Part shown: piece by piece, positions 1 to 14,458 of the stretch
Layout: the number at the start of each line of letters is the position of its first letter
Numbering within the stretch: position 1 is the stretch's first letter
Assembly (NCBI RefSeq): GCF_009914755.1
Contig: NC_060946.1
Strand: one strand, 5' to 3'
Source of the DNA: the human T2T-CHM13v2.0 reference genome, Homo sapiens
DNA length: 64,000 bases
Translations under genes and position numbers: made by a program
The notes under the pieces: model-generated
Databases searched by the model: none
What the model saw: only the letters and a program-made list of their open reading frames with translations
Told to the model about the DNA's origin: nothing

Positions 1-893
1 GGCGGGGCACAGGGCATGGTTGTTGGAACAGGGGCAGGAAGGTAGGCCTGAAACTGCTGCGTCTCCTCCAGCTGTGTGGCCAGGATTTGGTGGGAGGTCC
101 AACTGCTCCCGAGGCTCAACCAGTGGCTGCCAAACAGTGGTCCTCGCAGCCTGAGAGCTTCAGAAGGGGATCCCCCACGTGGGGAAGTCAGAGGGAGGCC
201 AGACTGGCCCTCTCTTCATTCCCTCCTCATCCACCTCCAAACAGAGCAGCCCCTTAGAAAAGGTTTTATTTGAAAACCACCAAAAGAAAAGCTAAAAACC
301 CATAAGGCTACAGTCTCTCCTCCAGGTTGCCATCGATACCCTCCAAAGTCAAGGGCTTCCTCTGAGTCACTCCAAGCACAGCAGGGTGCACAGGCCTCCC
401 CGAGAGCTGCAGTCTCCTCCTCTACAAAGTGGGCATCAGTGCCCCAGATTGGGTGCGTTTCTCTAAGAGCAGAGCCTGGGAAAACAGTAGCCTGCCTTTC
501 CCGAGAGCCCCACAGTTCCAAGTGATTCAAGCCAGTGAACTTATTCCATCCTCACCGAGACGCAGTGAGACAGGTGCTGCCATCGCCCCCATTGACTGGT
601 TGGGAAATCGAGGCACCGAGAGGTAAAGTGACCGCCAAGAACTCATGGCTGATGTGGCAGAGCAGGGGTTCGCACCCAGGCTGTTTGGCTCCACAGCCCC
701 TCGACAGACCACCCATGCACACAGTAGGTGCTCAGCAGTGGCCCCTTCTGAAGCAAGACGAGGACTGATTCATAAAAAGGAAACCAACTCTCAGTATAGG
801 ATGGGGGTGGGCGGGGGGCGACAGGAAATGAATGTTTTATCCTAAACTGACTTTCAGATTATTCCTCTTATATGTTCAATCATTCATTTTCTT

Positions 894-1125
<232 letters not shown>

Positions 1126-1127
1126 CG

Positions 1128-1423
<296 letters not shown>

Positions 1424-3109
1424 ATTCATTTTCTTAAAATGTGGACTCAGTTCTTTCCTTTTTGAGTTGGAGGCAATGTTGAAGGGGTCTAGGTCTCTGT
1501 TAAATGACCATGGGGACAGGTGGGGTCCCAGGTCCTCAGGCCAGCTGCAGCCAGGCTCCCACACATCCTTGGCACAAGCGAGGGTCTTTAGTGCATCAGC
1601 CCTCATGTCTGGGGGCTGCTGGGGGCTGTTCACACACCTGCAGAGAGAGCAGGTGGGCCCAGGCTTCATGGGCCTCCTGCAAGTGACATCTGAGGTCACT
1701 GGGTCCCTGTTTACTGCCAGAGTCACTGCCCCAGGCCTGGGGTGACCAACCTCTCTCTCCTCATTCCTTCCCCTCCCTGTGCCCCCCTGGGACCCCTCAT
1801 TGCCCTTCTTCTGCCCAGCCTCCTCCATGTTCACAGGGTGAGAACCTCCTCGTGCATCTTCACACACCCATCTCCCTTCATTCTCCCAGGCCTCCTGGAG
1901 GACCGGCCCAAGCAGGGATCACCTGCCCATTCCACAGATGGATACACGGAGGCTCATGGAGGCTAAGGGATGTGTCCAAGCGCATATAGCTACAAGACAC
2001 AGGAGCCTATTTGGGAATACAGGTCTTTCTGTCTCCTGGTCTGCACTGCCTGGAAGTGGTGTGTATGGGCAGGGATCAGAACATCTTGAACAAATGCTTC
2101 CTGCGCAGGATTCATTTCCTTAAATGTCCTCTCTCTGTCCAGGGTCTTGAATTCTTGGGAGACAAGGACGTATTTAATGTGGGAGAATAACCTCTCTCCC
2201 TGCAGTGATTTCAACTGGTTGGTATTGAAATACCTTCCTAGCCTAAGGGCACTGGGGATGTGTATTACTTATTTTGCGAATTATCGTGAACTAGAGTATT
2301 TGTGAGCCACCTTTAAGCCACCCGGCCTCCCCTTCCAGCTGCCTGCTGTGTGGCTCTCCTGAGCCTCCGTGTCCTGGGGCTCCACAGCCATGAATTATTA
2401 AAGAACAGGACAATTATAATTCACATAATGAGATCAGAGGTTCCTAGTTACTAGTTAATTTAGAGCTGGTGCCAGAGGAGCTTGAAGGAGTTCTCAGGGA
2501 ACAACTCAAGTGCCGGGGAATTGCCTTTGATGGGGTCCTAGGGCTGTGGACCCTCCGCAACGTCCAGGCCCAGGGAGGGAGGGCAGCTTGCCCAGCAAGT
2601 GGCAGCAGGGCTAGCCAGGCTAAACAATGAACGGCACAGACTTTCTCGTCTCCAGGTCTTTGCCCAGGCAGTGCCCTCTTCCAGGATGCCCTCCACCCAT
2701 TCCTCTGCCTGCTAAAATCCCATCCAGCCTGTGGCGCTCCTTTATGGGGCCACCTCCCCTGCGAAGACTTTCCTGTTCCGTCATTCACACACAAATGCTC
2801 CTGGCCTCATCTCCATTCCTCTTCCTGAGCCCTGCTAAGCTGGGAGGAATGCCATTACCTAAGTACTGACGTCCCTTCTTGACTCTGAACTTGAGCTTGT
2901 CTTGCTGAGATCTGCACCCTCAGGGCCTGGCCTGGCTCTGTACTTAACAAACCTCCACTCTCCTGTCCAGGGAGAACAGGCAGGGGCCTGTCCTCAGGAG
3001 GGACAGCCTGGACAGGCGCAGATGTGTGAATAAACTGGAGAGAGTGCTGAGGACACGTGTGGAAGATGCGGTCACCCATCCCCATTCCCCACTCCCTCCC
3101 TGCACTGTG

Positions 3110-3516
3110 TGACCTCACGGTGCCCTCCAGCAGAGTTCAGTGGGGGTCTACACTCTCATCCTGCTGACTCGGAGCCTGGCCTTGTGGTCTGCTTTGGCAG
3201 ATGGAACAGCAGCCGAGACACACGAGCAGACCATCCGCGAGCTTACGTGGTGTGGTTTGACCCGCACTCTTTGGTCACCATCAAGAGAAGAACAGACCCC
3301 AGCGTGAGGCATGTGGAGCCATCCCGAAACTGACTCACAGCCTGGAGCCAAGTGCAGCTGAGCTCCGTGGAGCCCAGCCATCCCCAACCAGGACGGCCAA
3401 CCCCAGATGGACCACAGGCCCGGGAGTGAGAGAAACACACGTGTGTTGCTGTGAGCCACCGAGCCTGGGGGACTGTTTGTTACAGAGCAATGTTACAGCA
3501 ACCGCAGACCCATGCA
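3110..3516 (+). mobile_element. Old MaLR LTR (MLT1-type) remnant
   Basis: 3' end resembles the MLT1 consensus (TGTTGCTGTGAGCCACCGAG...TTTGTTACAGAGCAAT); boundaries approximate. Confidence 0.55.
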
Positions 3517-4568
3517 GTGGAGATGTGTGTGGTGCAGGAGCAGAGAGTACCCCAAACTGGATGGGCAGAAGTAATCTGAATGAAATGGCTGGGTGGTAAA
3601 ATTCACCAGCACATCCACAAGACAGAGCTTACCCTCTGCACCCACAGCCGGGGTAAGTGGGTTGGCAGTGCATGGCACCAAACCCGGAGTCAGGGGGCTC
3701 GGGACATCCAGAGGAGTGCTCAGGGGCAGCACGCACAGCAGAGGCTTGGTGCTGAAGGCTGGGCAGGTTTGTTGGAGTGACCAGAAGACACCATGGGGTT
3801 TTTACTCATTTGCACTAACATATAGAATGCTGTATCATTTTGCCTATTGGTGTATTTTTACAGAGCCTTGTTCCTTTCCAAAGTGCTGACTGGTTAAATT
3901 GTAAGACAATGTTTGCAAGCATGGCACACTGAGCCTGGCATTCTGTCAAGTGCCTGATAAGCAGGGCCACTGTTGTGATTGTAGGAACGTGCCTTGGTTT
4001 TCAGGCCTTTGTTACAGCACTTGCAAGACCTTGTCCCCAGTCCTGGCGTCCCGGTTATGGAGGTGGGAAAATGACCACCACCACCTCTGACTCTCCTAGC
4101 CTTCCTGGGCACCCGCAGAGGCTGCACCCGGTCAGATGGAGCTCTCCTTCCAGCCTCGTGGGTCTATGGACAGCTCTCAGGAACAGGCCCACGTGAGAGG
4201 CGTCTGGGGGAGAGGCTGGGTGTGCACGTGCGTTCATAAGTAGGAAGCCAATTAGCCAAAACAGAGCAGACACTCCCAAGACCAAGACCAGCGCCTGATG
4301 GTGGTGGTTTTGATGATTTACAGCCATGCTTGCCTCAGCTCTGCCCTCAGCAGGCTCTCCCCATTGTATGGAAGTGATCAAGTGCCATGGACCAAAATCC
4401 ATCCGCCTGTGGTGTCGGCCAGGATTCCGCAGGGCAGAGGCGGCACCAGAAATGGGGGTGCGGAGGCTGCTTCTGCGGGCATCACGGCCACTGTCCTAGG
4501 CAGACGGGGTTGGGATGAGTTGGAGCTAGGGCGGTGGTGCCCACATAACCCTTGTAGGTCGCCTGACA

Positions 4569-4600
4569 TGTGTGTATGTGTGTGTGTGTGTGTGTGTGTG
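4569..4600. repeat. (TG)n microsatellite
   Basis: Directly visible TG run with one interruption. Confidence 0.95.
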
Positions 4601-6619
4601 CATGCAAATGTATGAATTCAATAAGCATTGTTGCACACCTACTGTGTGCCAGGTCCCATGCTGGGAAGTAATCAGAAGAAGACATTATCATGATGTATAC
4701 AGCGCAAGGGCTGCCACATCCCTCATCCCTGTCCCGCTTCCCACATGTGATCTGTCCATCCTCCCACAGCCCAGTAAGGAAGGAAGCATTGCGGCCATTG
4801 TATCCACGAGCAGAATGAGGTTAGAGGAGCCCAGTGTTCTGCCAAGATTCACACGGCTGTGGAGCGCGCAGCAGGAGCCTGGGTAGGAATTTCAGTCCCA
4901 ATGATGGCAGTGATTCAATTCCTGATCCTAGTGACACAGGCCACATGGAAGGACTGGAAGTTAAACCAAAGCTGGAAGTGGGGTGGGTTTCCTGGGGCAG
5001 GTTCACAGGGTGGCTCCTGGGCAGGGTTCCTTGAAGACACAGGGGAGAGAAAGTCAAGGAAACCAGCTCCTGGGATGCGACCAGAGTGGACGGCGAGGGA
5101 GGTGGGGTGGACACCTGGCCCTGGGCAGCCTCAGGGTCCTGGGTAGCATTTGCAGGAACTGTGTGCTCCGTTCCAGACCCAGCACTGGCCGCCTGGTGTT
5201 TCCTGACCTGCCACAGTAGAGAGCAGCCCAGACGAAGTCTGGCCCTGCTGAGCCCAGCAGCCCTCACACCTGTGCTCAGCCAAGCCAGCCTGCTGCAGGA
5301 GTTGGCTGCGGCTGATGCCAGCTCGCCCTCAGGCCGAGAAAAATCCATCATGGCTAATCCCACTCCCCCAGTGATTCCTGAGCTGTGTGCCGTGGAAAGG
5401 CTGGCCCCAAATCCTCTCTGGCCTCCCCCCAGCACCAGCCTTCCTCTGCGAACCGGGGCGGGTGAAAGCCGCCAGCAGGCCCCTCCACAGAGGCCATCTC
5501 CCCGGCATCCTGCACAATTGCTCTAACTGCTTCTCCTGCAGGTGAATACCCTTTCCTGGGATCAGACACAGAAAGCTCTTTAGGCAGAAAGCCAGGCCTG
5601 ACAGCCCCTCTGAGCACGAAGACAAATGAACCGAGCTCCCAAGGCGAGTCCCCTCATTCTACCTTGAGTCCATCGGGCCTGGCTCGACTCCCAAAGCAGC
5701 GCTCACCAAAACGAGTTTCTTTGGTGAGCCTGGAAGTGTGACACAGAACTGGGGAACTAGAGACCCACCCAGGAGACTGTCTCCTTGGATTTCTCCCCAT
5801 CTTGCAAAGAGAATCTTCCCCAGCCAGTGCTCCCGAGAAGAACTGCAGTCCACCCTCCACAGGGTCAGAAGCCCAGTGCCTTCTGGCCTTGCCCCACCCA
5901 GACTCCGGAGCAGGAAGCGGAGGCCTTTCTCCTCCCAAAGGCATGGGCTCCTTGCAACCCAGGGCAGCAAAACTTTTCCACCTGGTTCCTGCTAACCCAT
6001 TATCCTGGGGCCAGCATCTCATTAAGCCAACAGGACTCCAATGTTTTGACGGAGGAAGAAAGTATTCCAGAATGAAAAGGGCAGGCTGTTCCCCGCCAGG
6101 CTGGGGGCATGGAGAGGGAGCCGGAGAGCGAGGAGAGCTCAATGCCTGTGCCAGGATTCTTAGAGCTGAGGGAAGATGCAAGAAACCAAGGGAGCTGGGG
6201 CTCCTGCCTCCTCCCAAAGCCTCTTTCCCACCCCTCGGCCCGCATCCCTTCTCCAAGAGAGCAGGCCCTTCAGGGGCACAAGGAGGCATCTCTTACCTGT
6301 GCCTGGGCTTGTTGCTGTCCAGTACGCAGAGGGCAAGGCTGGCACCGGGAGAAGCGGCTCCAGGCGTCCCAGGGACCTGCTGCCTCTTTTCCAGGGAGCA
6401 GCCCCCAGCCCGCTCTGTGCAGCTCGTCCCAGCTCAGGGCATAGATGTGTGTGTGCCTGTGGAGGTGGGGTGCCCTCTGGAGCAGGGGGTCAAATATTCT
6501 TGGCTGCCACCTGCTGCCAGCCCATCCCAGGGGCCAGCTGCCTGAGAGGGGGGCCCTCCGGCTGCGCCGCCGTCATCTGTGGGGAGTGGCAGGCAGCAGC
6601 TCTAGCTCTCCAGGCTCCT

Positions 6620-6730
6620 GCCTGCTCCCGGGCTTAGGCGAGTGGTTTATTTATAGAGCCCGGCCCTTCCCCAGATGCCAGGATCCCAGCTGAGATTTCC
6701 AGCTCTCAAACTCGCCCGTGCCCGCCCTGA
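6620..6730 (-). promoter_or_regulatory. Candidate core promoter or MEF2 element: TATAAATA, GC box, E-box
   Basis: TTATTTATAG at 6647-6656 reads TATAAATA on the minus strand and fits the MEF2 consensus YTAWWWWTAR; GCCCGCCC at 6720-6727; CAGCTG at 6687-6692; motif evidence only. Confidence 0.3.
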
Positions 6731-8754
6731 GTTGTTGCTCACTGGGACTGTTCTGGAGGACAAGGAGCGAGGCACTTAAGCAATGTGATTCTCAGCATTC
6801 TCCCCTGAGAAGCACAGGGCTGGACCGGGGGTCTCCCAGGCCCTCCTGCTGTGGGCAGCACCTGACCCAGGAGCCAGGCCTGTGAGTCAGCTTGGGCAAG
6901 GTGCTTCCCCTCCCTAGGCTGCCTCAGTTTCCTTTTCTGGAAGATAAAAAAGACAGAGGGTCTGCCTGTCTAGAGCAGGGCTGGAATCAAAGAATGGACT
7001 GGAAGGAAGAATGGCCACCACCGTCCACTCTGTGCTTCTCCCCGGCTGGGCTGAGGCTTCGCGAGGGCACCACTGTCACCCCCAGGGGCTACTCCATAGG
7101 AGATGCACATAGTAGGTGCTCAAGAATGATTTAGTAAGTAAGGGAGCAGACACCCATCCCACATACAGGCTCGCTTCCGGCTTCTAATAACCTGCGAAGG
7201 CCCTGGAATACGCCCATTTGGCAGATGGGAAGCCCGAGGTCTAGAAGGGTGAGGTGGCCTTTCCAGGGCCCCCCAACAAAAGACAGTAGCACCATGGTTC
7301 CCCTGGGTCATTCTGTTTCCAAAACTCATTCCCTTACCACGCCCTCATCAGGCCTCACGGTTAGCTGAATGTCCCCTGCAACGCTGCCGTTTTCCGAGTC
7401 TGATGTATAGTTCAGGGCTCGCCCACCACCGTGGCTCCTGCGATCTCTGCTCCTCGCTCCTGCCAGCCGACCCCCGTGGGCCAGGCCCTCTGCGAACGCG
7501 TCTGCCTTCCCGAGGAAGCTCTCCAGTGTGCCGGGAAGGCTCCTCCCTGGTTCTGGCTGTTTCTCCTGGGCATTTCCCCCATGCCTGGGGCGCCCGGGCC
7601 CTTCTCCTGACCCCGCTGGGCCTCACTCTCGCCTCTCAAACCAAACAGTGATTCCTCCTCCGGGGCCAGTGAGGGGCTTGTCTGCCTTCTCACAGGTGAA
7701 GACGCCAGACTCACAGGGCGCCCGTGTTTGCTCATCCGCTTTGACTCAGCTCACCGGAAAGAAGTTTGCTAATCTTTGTGTGTTTGCTCCGTGTGCTGGA
7801 GCTAACAGAGCAACCCGACCCTGGTGGGTTCCAGCTTCAGTGCAGAAAGAGCCTGGGCCGGGCTGTCCTCCCCAGACACGCAAGCCTGGGTGCAGCTGCT
7901 GGACTCTGGGCCTCCCCACTACCCACTTGGCCGGTGCTCCCCCCGTGCCTGAGAAGCCACCTTCCTCCGTTCCTTCCACTTCTCTGCCTGCCAAGATCCC
8001 ACAGGGCCTCCCAAGCCCAGACCCGCCTCCTCTGACCTCTGGGCACTGGTGGGCCGGTCTCTCAGGGCCCCAACAGGGCTGCGGACTGGGAATGGCCCCC
8101 TTGCTCCTCTCCTGGGGAATAGGAGGCCGGCTGCCTGGATGCTGGGACAGCAGGGACAAAGCTCAGAGGTCTCTCCCCGCATGGAGGCAGATGTGAACCT
8201 CCCCAGGGCCTCCCCAGCCTCTGGGGCTCCTTGGAAGCAGAGCAGCGTCGGCTCTCACTCCTCACCCAGGACTGTCCATCCCTGGGCAGCTGACCCGGCC
8301 CAGCCAGTGGTCCCTGCTAGGACCTGTCCTGCAGGAATAGCTGGCGAGGCCGGGGGAGCACGTCCCTCCAGAGCACCCAGCACCGCCCCATGCCCTGTCT
8401 AAGCAGGTCACCCCTCCCTGGTTGTCTCTCACAGTCCCTGATTCCGGAGCACTAGTCCTGGAGAACTGATGTGCTTCCGTGACCCCAACTTGCTTGACCT
8501 GGTCTCTCCCGTCGGGATGGACACTCCCCGAGCAGGTCCACTGCTTACTCCGGGCTCCCAGCGCCCTCCGTTCCTGCTTCCTGGTCACAGGAATGAATCT
8601 CCTAAAAAGGGTTAAGCGAATCGTGGCTGTCACACGATGCCATGCCGTGCAGCCATCGCATACTGATTTCTGAGTAATATTTAACATCAGGGGAAAATGT
8701 TACAACTTGACGCCAAATGAATAGATTACAGACTGTCCATGTAGGATGGTCTCA

Positions 8755-8946
<192 letters not shown>

Positions 8947-9698
8947 TTTTTGCAAGTTGTTTTATTTACAATGCCAACTTTTAAAAGGTCGCTCAGGTGA
9001 TCTGGACAAGATACTAGGCAGAAACCACTTTAGAAAAAGAGGGAAACCCAAGGTGCCCCTTTCTGTAAAGAAGCCACAGTTCCGTTGTATTTAGAGCAAA
9101 GAAAAAAGAAACTTTTGACGATACGAGAGGAAACTCAGACATAGGTTTGGAATCTGTACTCAAAACTACACACGCAATGAAGACAGTGTCCTGCCGTCAC
9201 GACTGATCTGCTGCTGCACCTGCCCGTGGTGTGTCTAACATTCGCAATGACAGAGCTGTGCGGCTGGTATTCGGAACCATCCTCACAGTGTTCGTGTCAG
9301 ATGCATTTCACTGCTCCTTACACCACTGTTCTCTTTGCACACTCAGGCTTCTTCCTGTTTGTTTTTGATATTGAAGGTCTTGAGAATCTCCAGTTTTCCC
9401 CTTGATCATGTGGGCAGTAGTCACATGTAGCATCAAGCAAACTTTTGAGTCCAAGTAGTTTACAGCCAGAATAAGTTCAAAAAGCATTTCTTTGGTCAAC
9501 TTTCAGGGATTCTTGGTCCCCACAGAAATGGTCTGTTCACTTTTCTTAGCTCTCATCCCCTCAGGAGGAGGAGGAGGAGGGTATCCTTGGGGTGGGTGCA
9601 CCCCTGAGTGACCTTTTAAAATATTGCTGCATTAACATTTAGGAGAGGAACTGAGCCATCATCTCCCTCCTAATTTCTTTCCAAATCTTCCAAAGTAG

Positions 9699-10552
<854 letters not shown>

Positions 10553-12092
10553 TGATAGTCACATGGTCTTGATTGCTTGACAATTTCCACATCACCTTCA
10601 AGTATCTCTCCCTCAGAACTCTGGAACTTTCCTGAAGGCACGATGTCTGGTCTCAAGGAGATGGTGGAGGATGGCAGAATAGGGCAATGTCAACACAAGA
10701 ACAAGGCCACTCTCAATGTGTACTTACGTCTTTCCTCTTCTACTTATTTTGGATTTTGTTTGCACTTCTTTTTCTTAGCTTCTTATGGTGGAAATTTTGA
10801 TGACCAATTTTAAACCTGTCTTCTTTTTAAATATAGGCATGTACGAAAGAAATTTTATTCTAAGTACTGCAGCATCCCCCACATTTTGATAGGTGGTAGT
10901 TTTTTATTCAGTTAGAAATATATCTTAGTTTCCTTTGTGATTTCTGCTTTGACTCTTAGGTTATTTAGAAGTGTATTTACCAATTTCCAAACACATGGTG
11001 ACTTTCTAGATACCATTTTTGTTGTTGACTTCTAACTTAATTCTGTTATGGTCAGAAAGCATACTTATTATTTCAATCCTTTGGAATTTATTGAGATTTG
11101 TTTTATGGCTCGGAATATGGCCCATCATGGTGAATGTTCCAAGTGCACTTAAAAAATGTGTTCTTTGCTATTGTTGGATGGGGTGTTATATAAATACCAA
11201 TTAAATCAAGTTGTTTGAGTGTGCTGTTCAAATACCTATAACTTTGTTGATATTCTGTCTATTGTACTATCAATTGCTGACAGGAGTATTAAAATTTCTA
11301 ACTATGACTGTGGATTTGTCTATTTCTACCCTTACTTTTATCAGTTTTTGCTAAGTATATTTTGATGCTCTGTTATTAAATGCATACATATTTAGGTATA
11401 TTTACTTGTTAAATGAACTCTTTTATCATTATGAAGTGTCCTTCTTTATCTCTGGTAATACTTTTTGCTTTAAAGTCTACTGTGTCCTTAATATAGCCAC
11501 ACCGGATTTTTAAAAAATATTGTTTGCATGTTTTATCTTTTCCTGACCTTTACCTTCAACCTTTTTATTTAAAATGAATATCTTGTAGGCAGTATATAAT
11601 TGGGTCATGCTTTTTTTTTATCCAGTCCAACAATCTCTGCTGTTTAATTGAGGCATTTGGTCCATGTATATTTCATGTAATATTAATATGACTGGGTTTC
11701 AGTCTACCACCTTGTTATTTGTTTTTTATTTGTTCCCCTGCTTTCTGTTCCCCATTGCTCCTTTTTGCCTACTTTTAGGTTAATTAGATATTTTTAGTGC
11801 TCCATTTTATTTCTGCTATTGGCTTCTTAGCAATTCCTATACTGATTTTATTTTTAAGTGGTTTTTCTGAGGGTAACAATATGCATCCTTAACTTATCAA
11901 AGTTTATTTAGCATCCCTTTTCATCCTTCACACCTGAATTTCACGATTTCTACTTCCTCTTTTTGCTTTACACTTCTCATTTCGCAAATACAATGGTATA
12001 ATTTCACTTACCTGACCCTCAGCAATAGTTTTCATACATTTATTTTCACATATGTTATAAGCCCTACCTTACACTTAATTTTGATCATATAG

Positions 12093-12452
12093 TGATATGG
12101 TTTGGCTGTGTCCCCACCCAAATCTCATCTTGAATTGTAGCTCCCATAATTCCCATGTGTTTGGGAGGGACCTGGTGGGAGGTAACTGAATCATGGGGGT
12201 GGTTTCCCCCATACTGTTCTCAGGGTAGTGAATAAGTCTCGTGAGATCTGATGGTTTCATAAGGGGAAATCCTTTCACTTGGTTCTCATTCTCTCTTGTC
12301 TGCCACCATGTAAGACGTGCCTTTCACCTCCCACCATGATTGTGATGCCTCCACAGCCACGTGGAACTGTGAGTCCATTAATCCTCTTTTCCTTTACAAA
12401 TTACCCACTCTTGGGTATGTCTTTATCAGCAGCATAAAAATGGGCTAATACA
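12093..12452 (+). mobile_element. THE1 (THE1C-like) MaLR solo LTR
   Basis: TGATATGGTTTGGCTGTGTCCCCACCC...GGGCTAATACA; perfect 5-bp TSD TATAG at 12088-12092 and 12453-12457. Confidence 0.92.
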
Positions 12453-12783
12453 TATAGTAAGATGTCTTTTAAGTAAAGATAAAAAACAAGAGCGAGCCCC
12501 TTATCTTTACCCATTTATTTGCCATTTCTGGTACTCTTCATTCATTCCTCTGTCTCTAAGTTTTGACCCAAAAGACATCCTACAGCATTTTTTTAAATTG
12601 TAGTTTTGCTGTAATTCTCTTCACTTCCATTTATTTAAAGACTTCTTTATTTAACTCTCATTTTTGAAGAATGCTTTTACTGATTATAGAAATCTAGATT
12701 GACAGTTTTTTTTTATTTCAGAACTTTAAAAATATCATCCCTTTCTTTCTGTTTTTCATTGTTTCTGCTTAAGAAGCCCATCA

Positions 12784-13128
<345 letters not shown>

Positions 13129-13617
13129 TTATTTTCTGGCTGCTTTTAAAATTTTATCTTTTTATTTGGTTTTTAGAAGCTTGAATATGATGTGACAAAG
13201 CGTGTTTTTTCCTTCTATGCATTCTACTTGATTTTACAGTTTCATGAGTATTTTTCATCAATGTTGACAAACTTTCACCCGTTACTTCTTCAAAGATTTC
13301 TCTCCCCTAATCTAAGTCTTCATGACTCTCATGACTAATTTATCAGACTGTTTGGTATTGTCCCTTAAGTCTCTGTTAATTTTTTTAAATAAATTTTAGA
13401 CAGTTTTAGATTCACAGAATTATTCCAAAGAGAGTACAGAGAGTTCCCATAGCACTCATATCCACTTTCCCCTGTTATTAGTCTCTTAGTATAGGACATT
13501 TGTCATAATTAATGAACACTGATGCATTGTTATTAACTAAAGTTCATACTTTATTCAGATTTCCTGAAGTCATTTTTCTCTTCCAGGATGGCATCCAGGA
13601 CACCACGTTATAATTAG

Positions 13618-13998
<381 letters not shown>

Positions 13999-14426
13999 GA
14001 CTTGCCAGTTTTAAGGGTCACTGCTCAGGTATTTTGTATTTTTTAATTGGGATTTTCAAAAGGGTTTTTCTCAGGATTAGAGTGGGGTTTTGGGTTTTGA
14101 GGAGGAAGCCCACAAAGGTGAAATGCCGTTCTCATCACATCATATCAAGGGGACATCCTCCCAACATGGCATATCACTGTTGAGGCTGAGCCCAATCCCT
14201 GACCAAGGTGGTGGTGGTCCGGTTTCTCACTGTAAACTTACTCTTTCCCCTCGTTTCCATACTATACTCTGGAAGAAAGCTGCTGCGTACCTCCGCACTT
14301 AAACAGTAGGGAGTTTCGTCCTACCTCCTTAAATATGGAATATCTACATAAAGTATTTGAAAATCTTCTGCATGGGAGACTTAAGTTTTCTCTCCATTTC
14401 TTTACTTATTAAATCATTTATTAATA

Positions 14427-14458
14427 TTAGGTATCATTACTTTTGCACCAACTAAATA
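14427..14458. mobile_element. Internally deleted MADE1 (Hsmar1 MITE) remnant
   Basis: TTAGGT...ATTACTTTTGCACCAACTAAATA matches the two ends of the MADE1 palindrome. Confidence 0.55.

Noticed and set aside
5802-6545. 247-aa ORF and overlapping ORFs on both strands
   Set aside because: No recognisable domain, a non-ATG start, and low-complexity P/G/S/A composition expected by chance in GC-rich DNA.
7528-8196. 222-aa ORF
   Set aside because: Non-ATG start, no homology I recognise, and long ORFs in several frames, consistent with high GC content.
9308-9499. 63-aa SKP1-like ORF as a functional microprotein
   Set aside because: It starts at TTG, drifts in and out of the SKP1 frame, and sits in a retrocopy with stops and a lost ATG.
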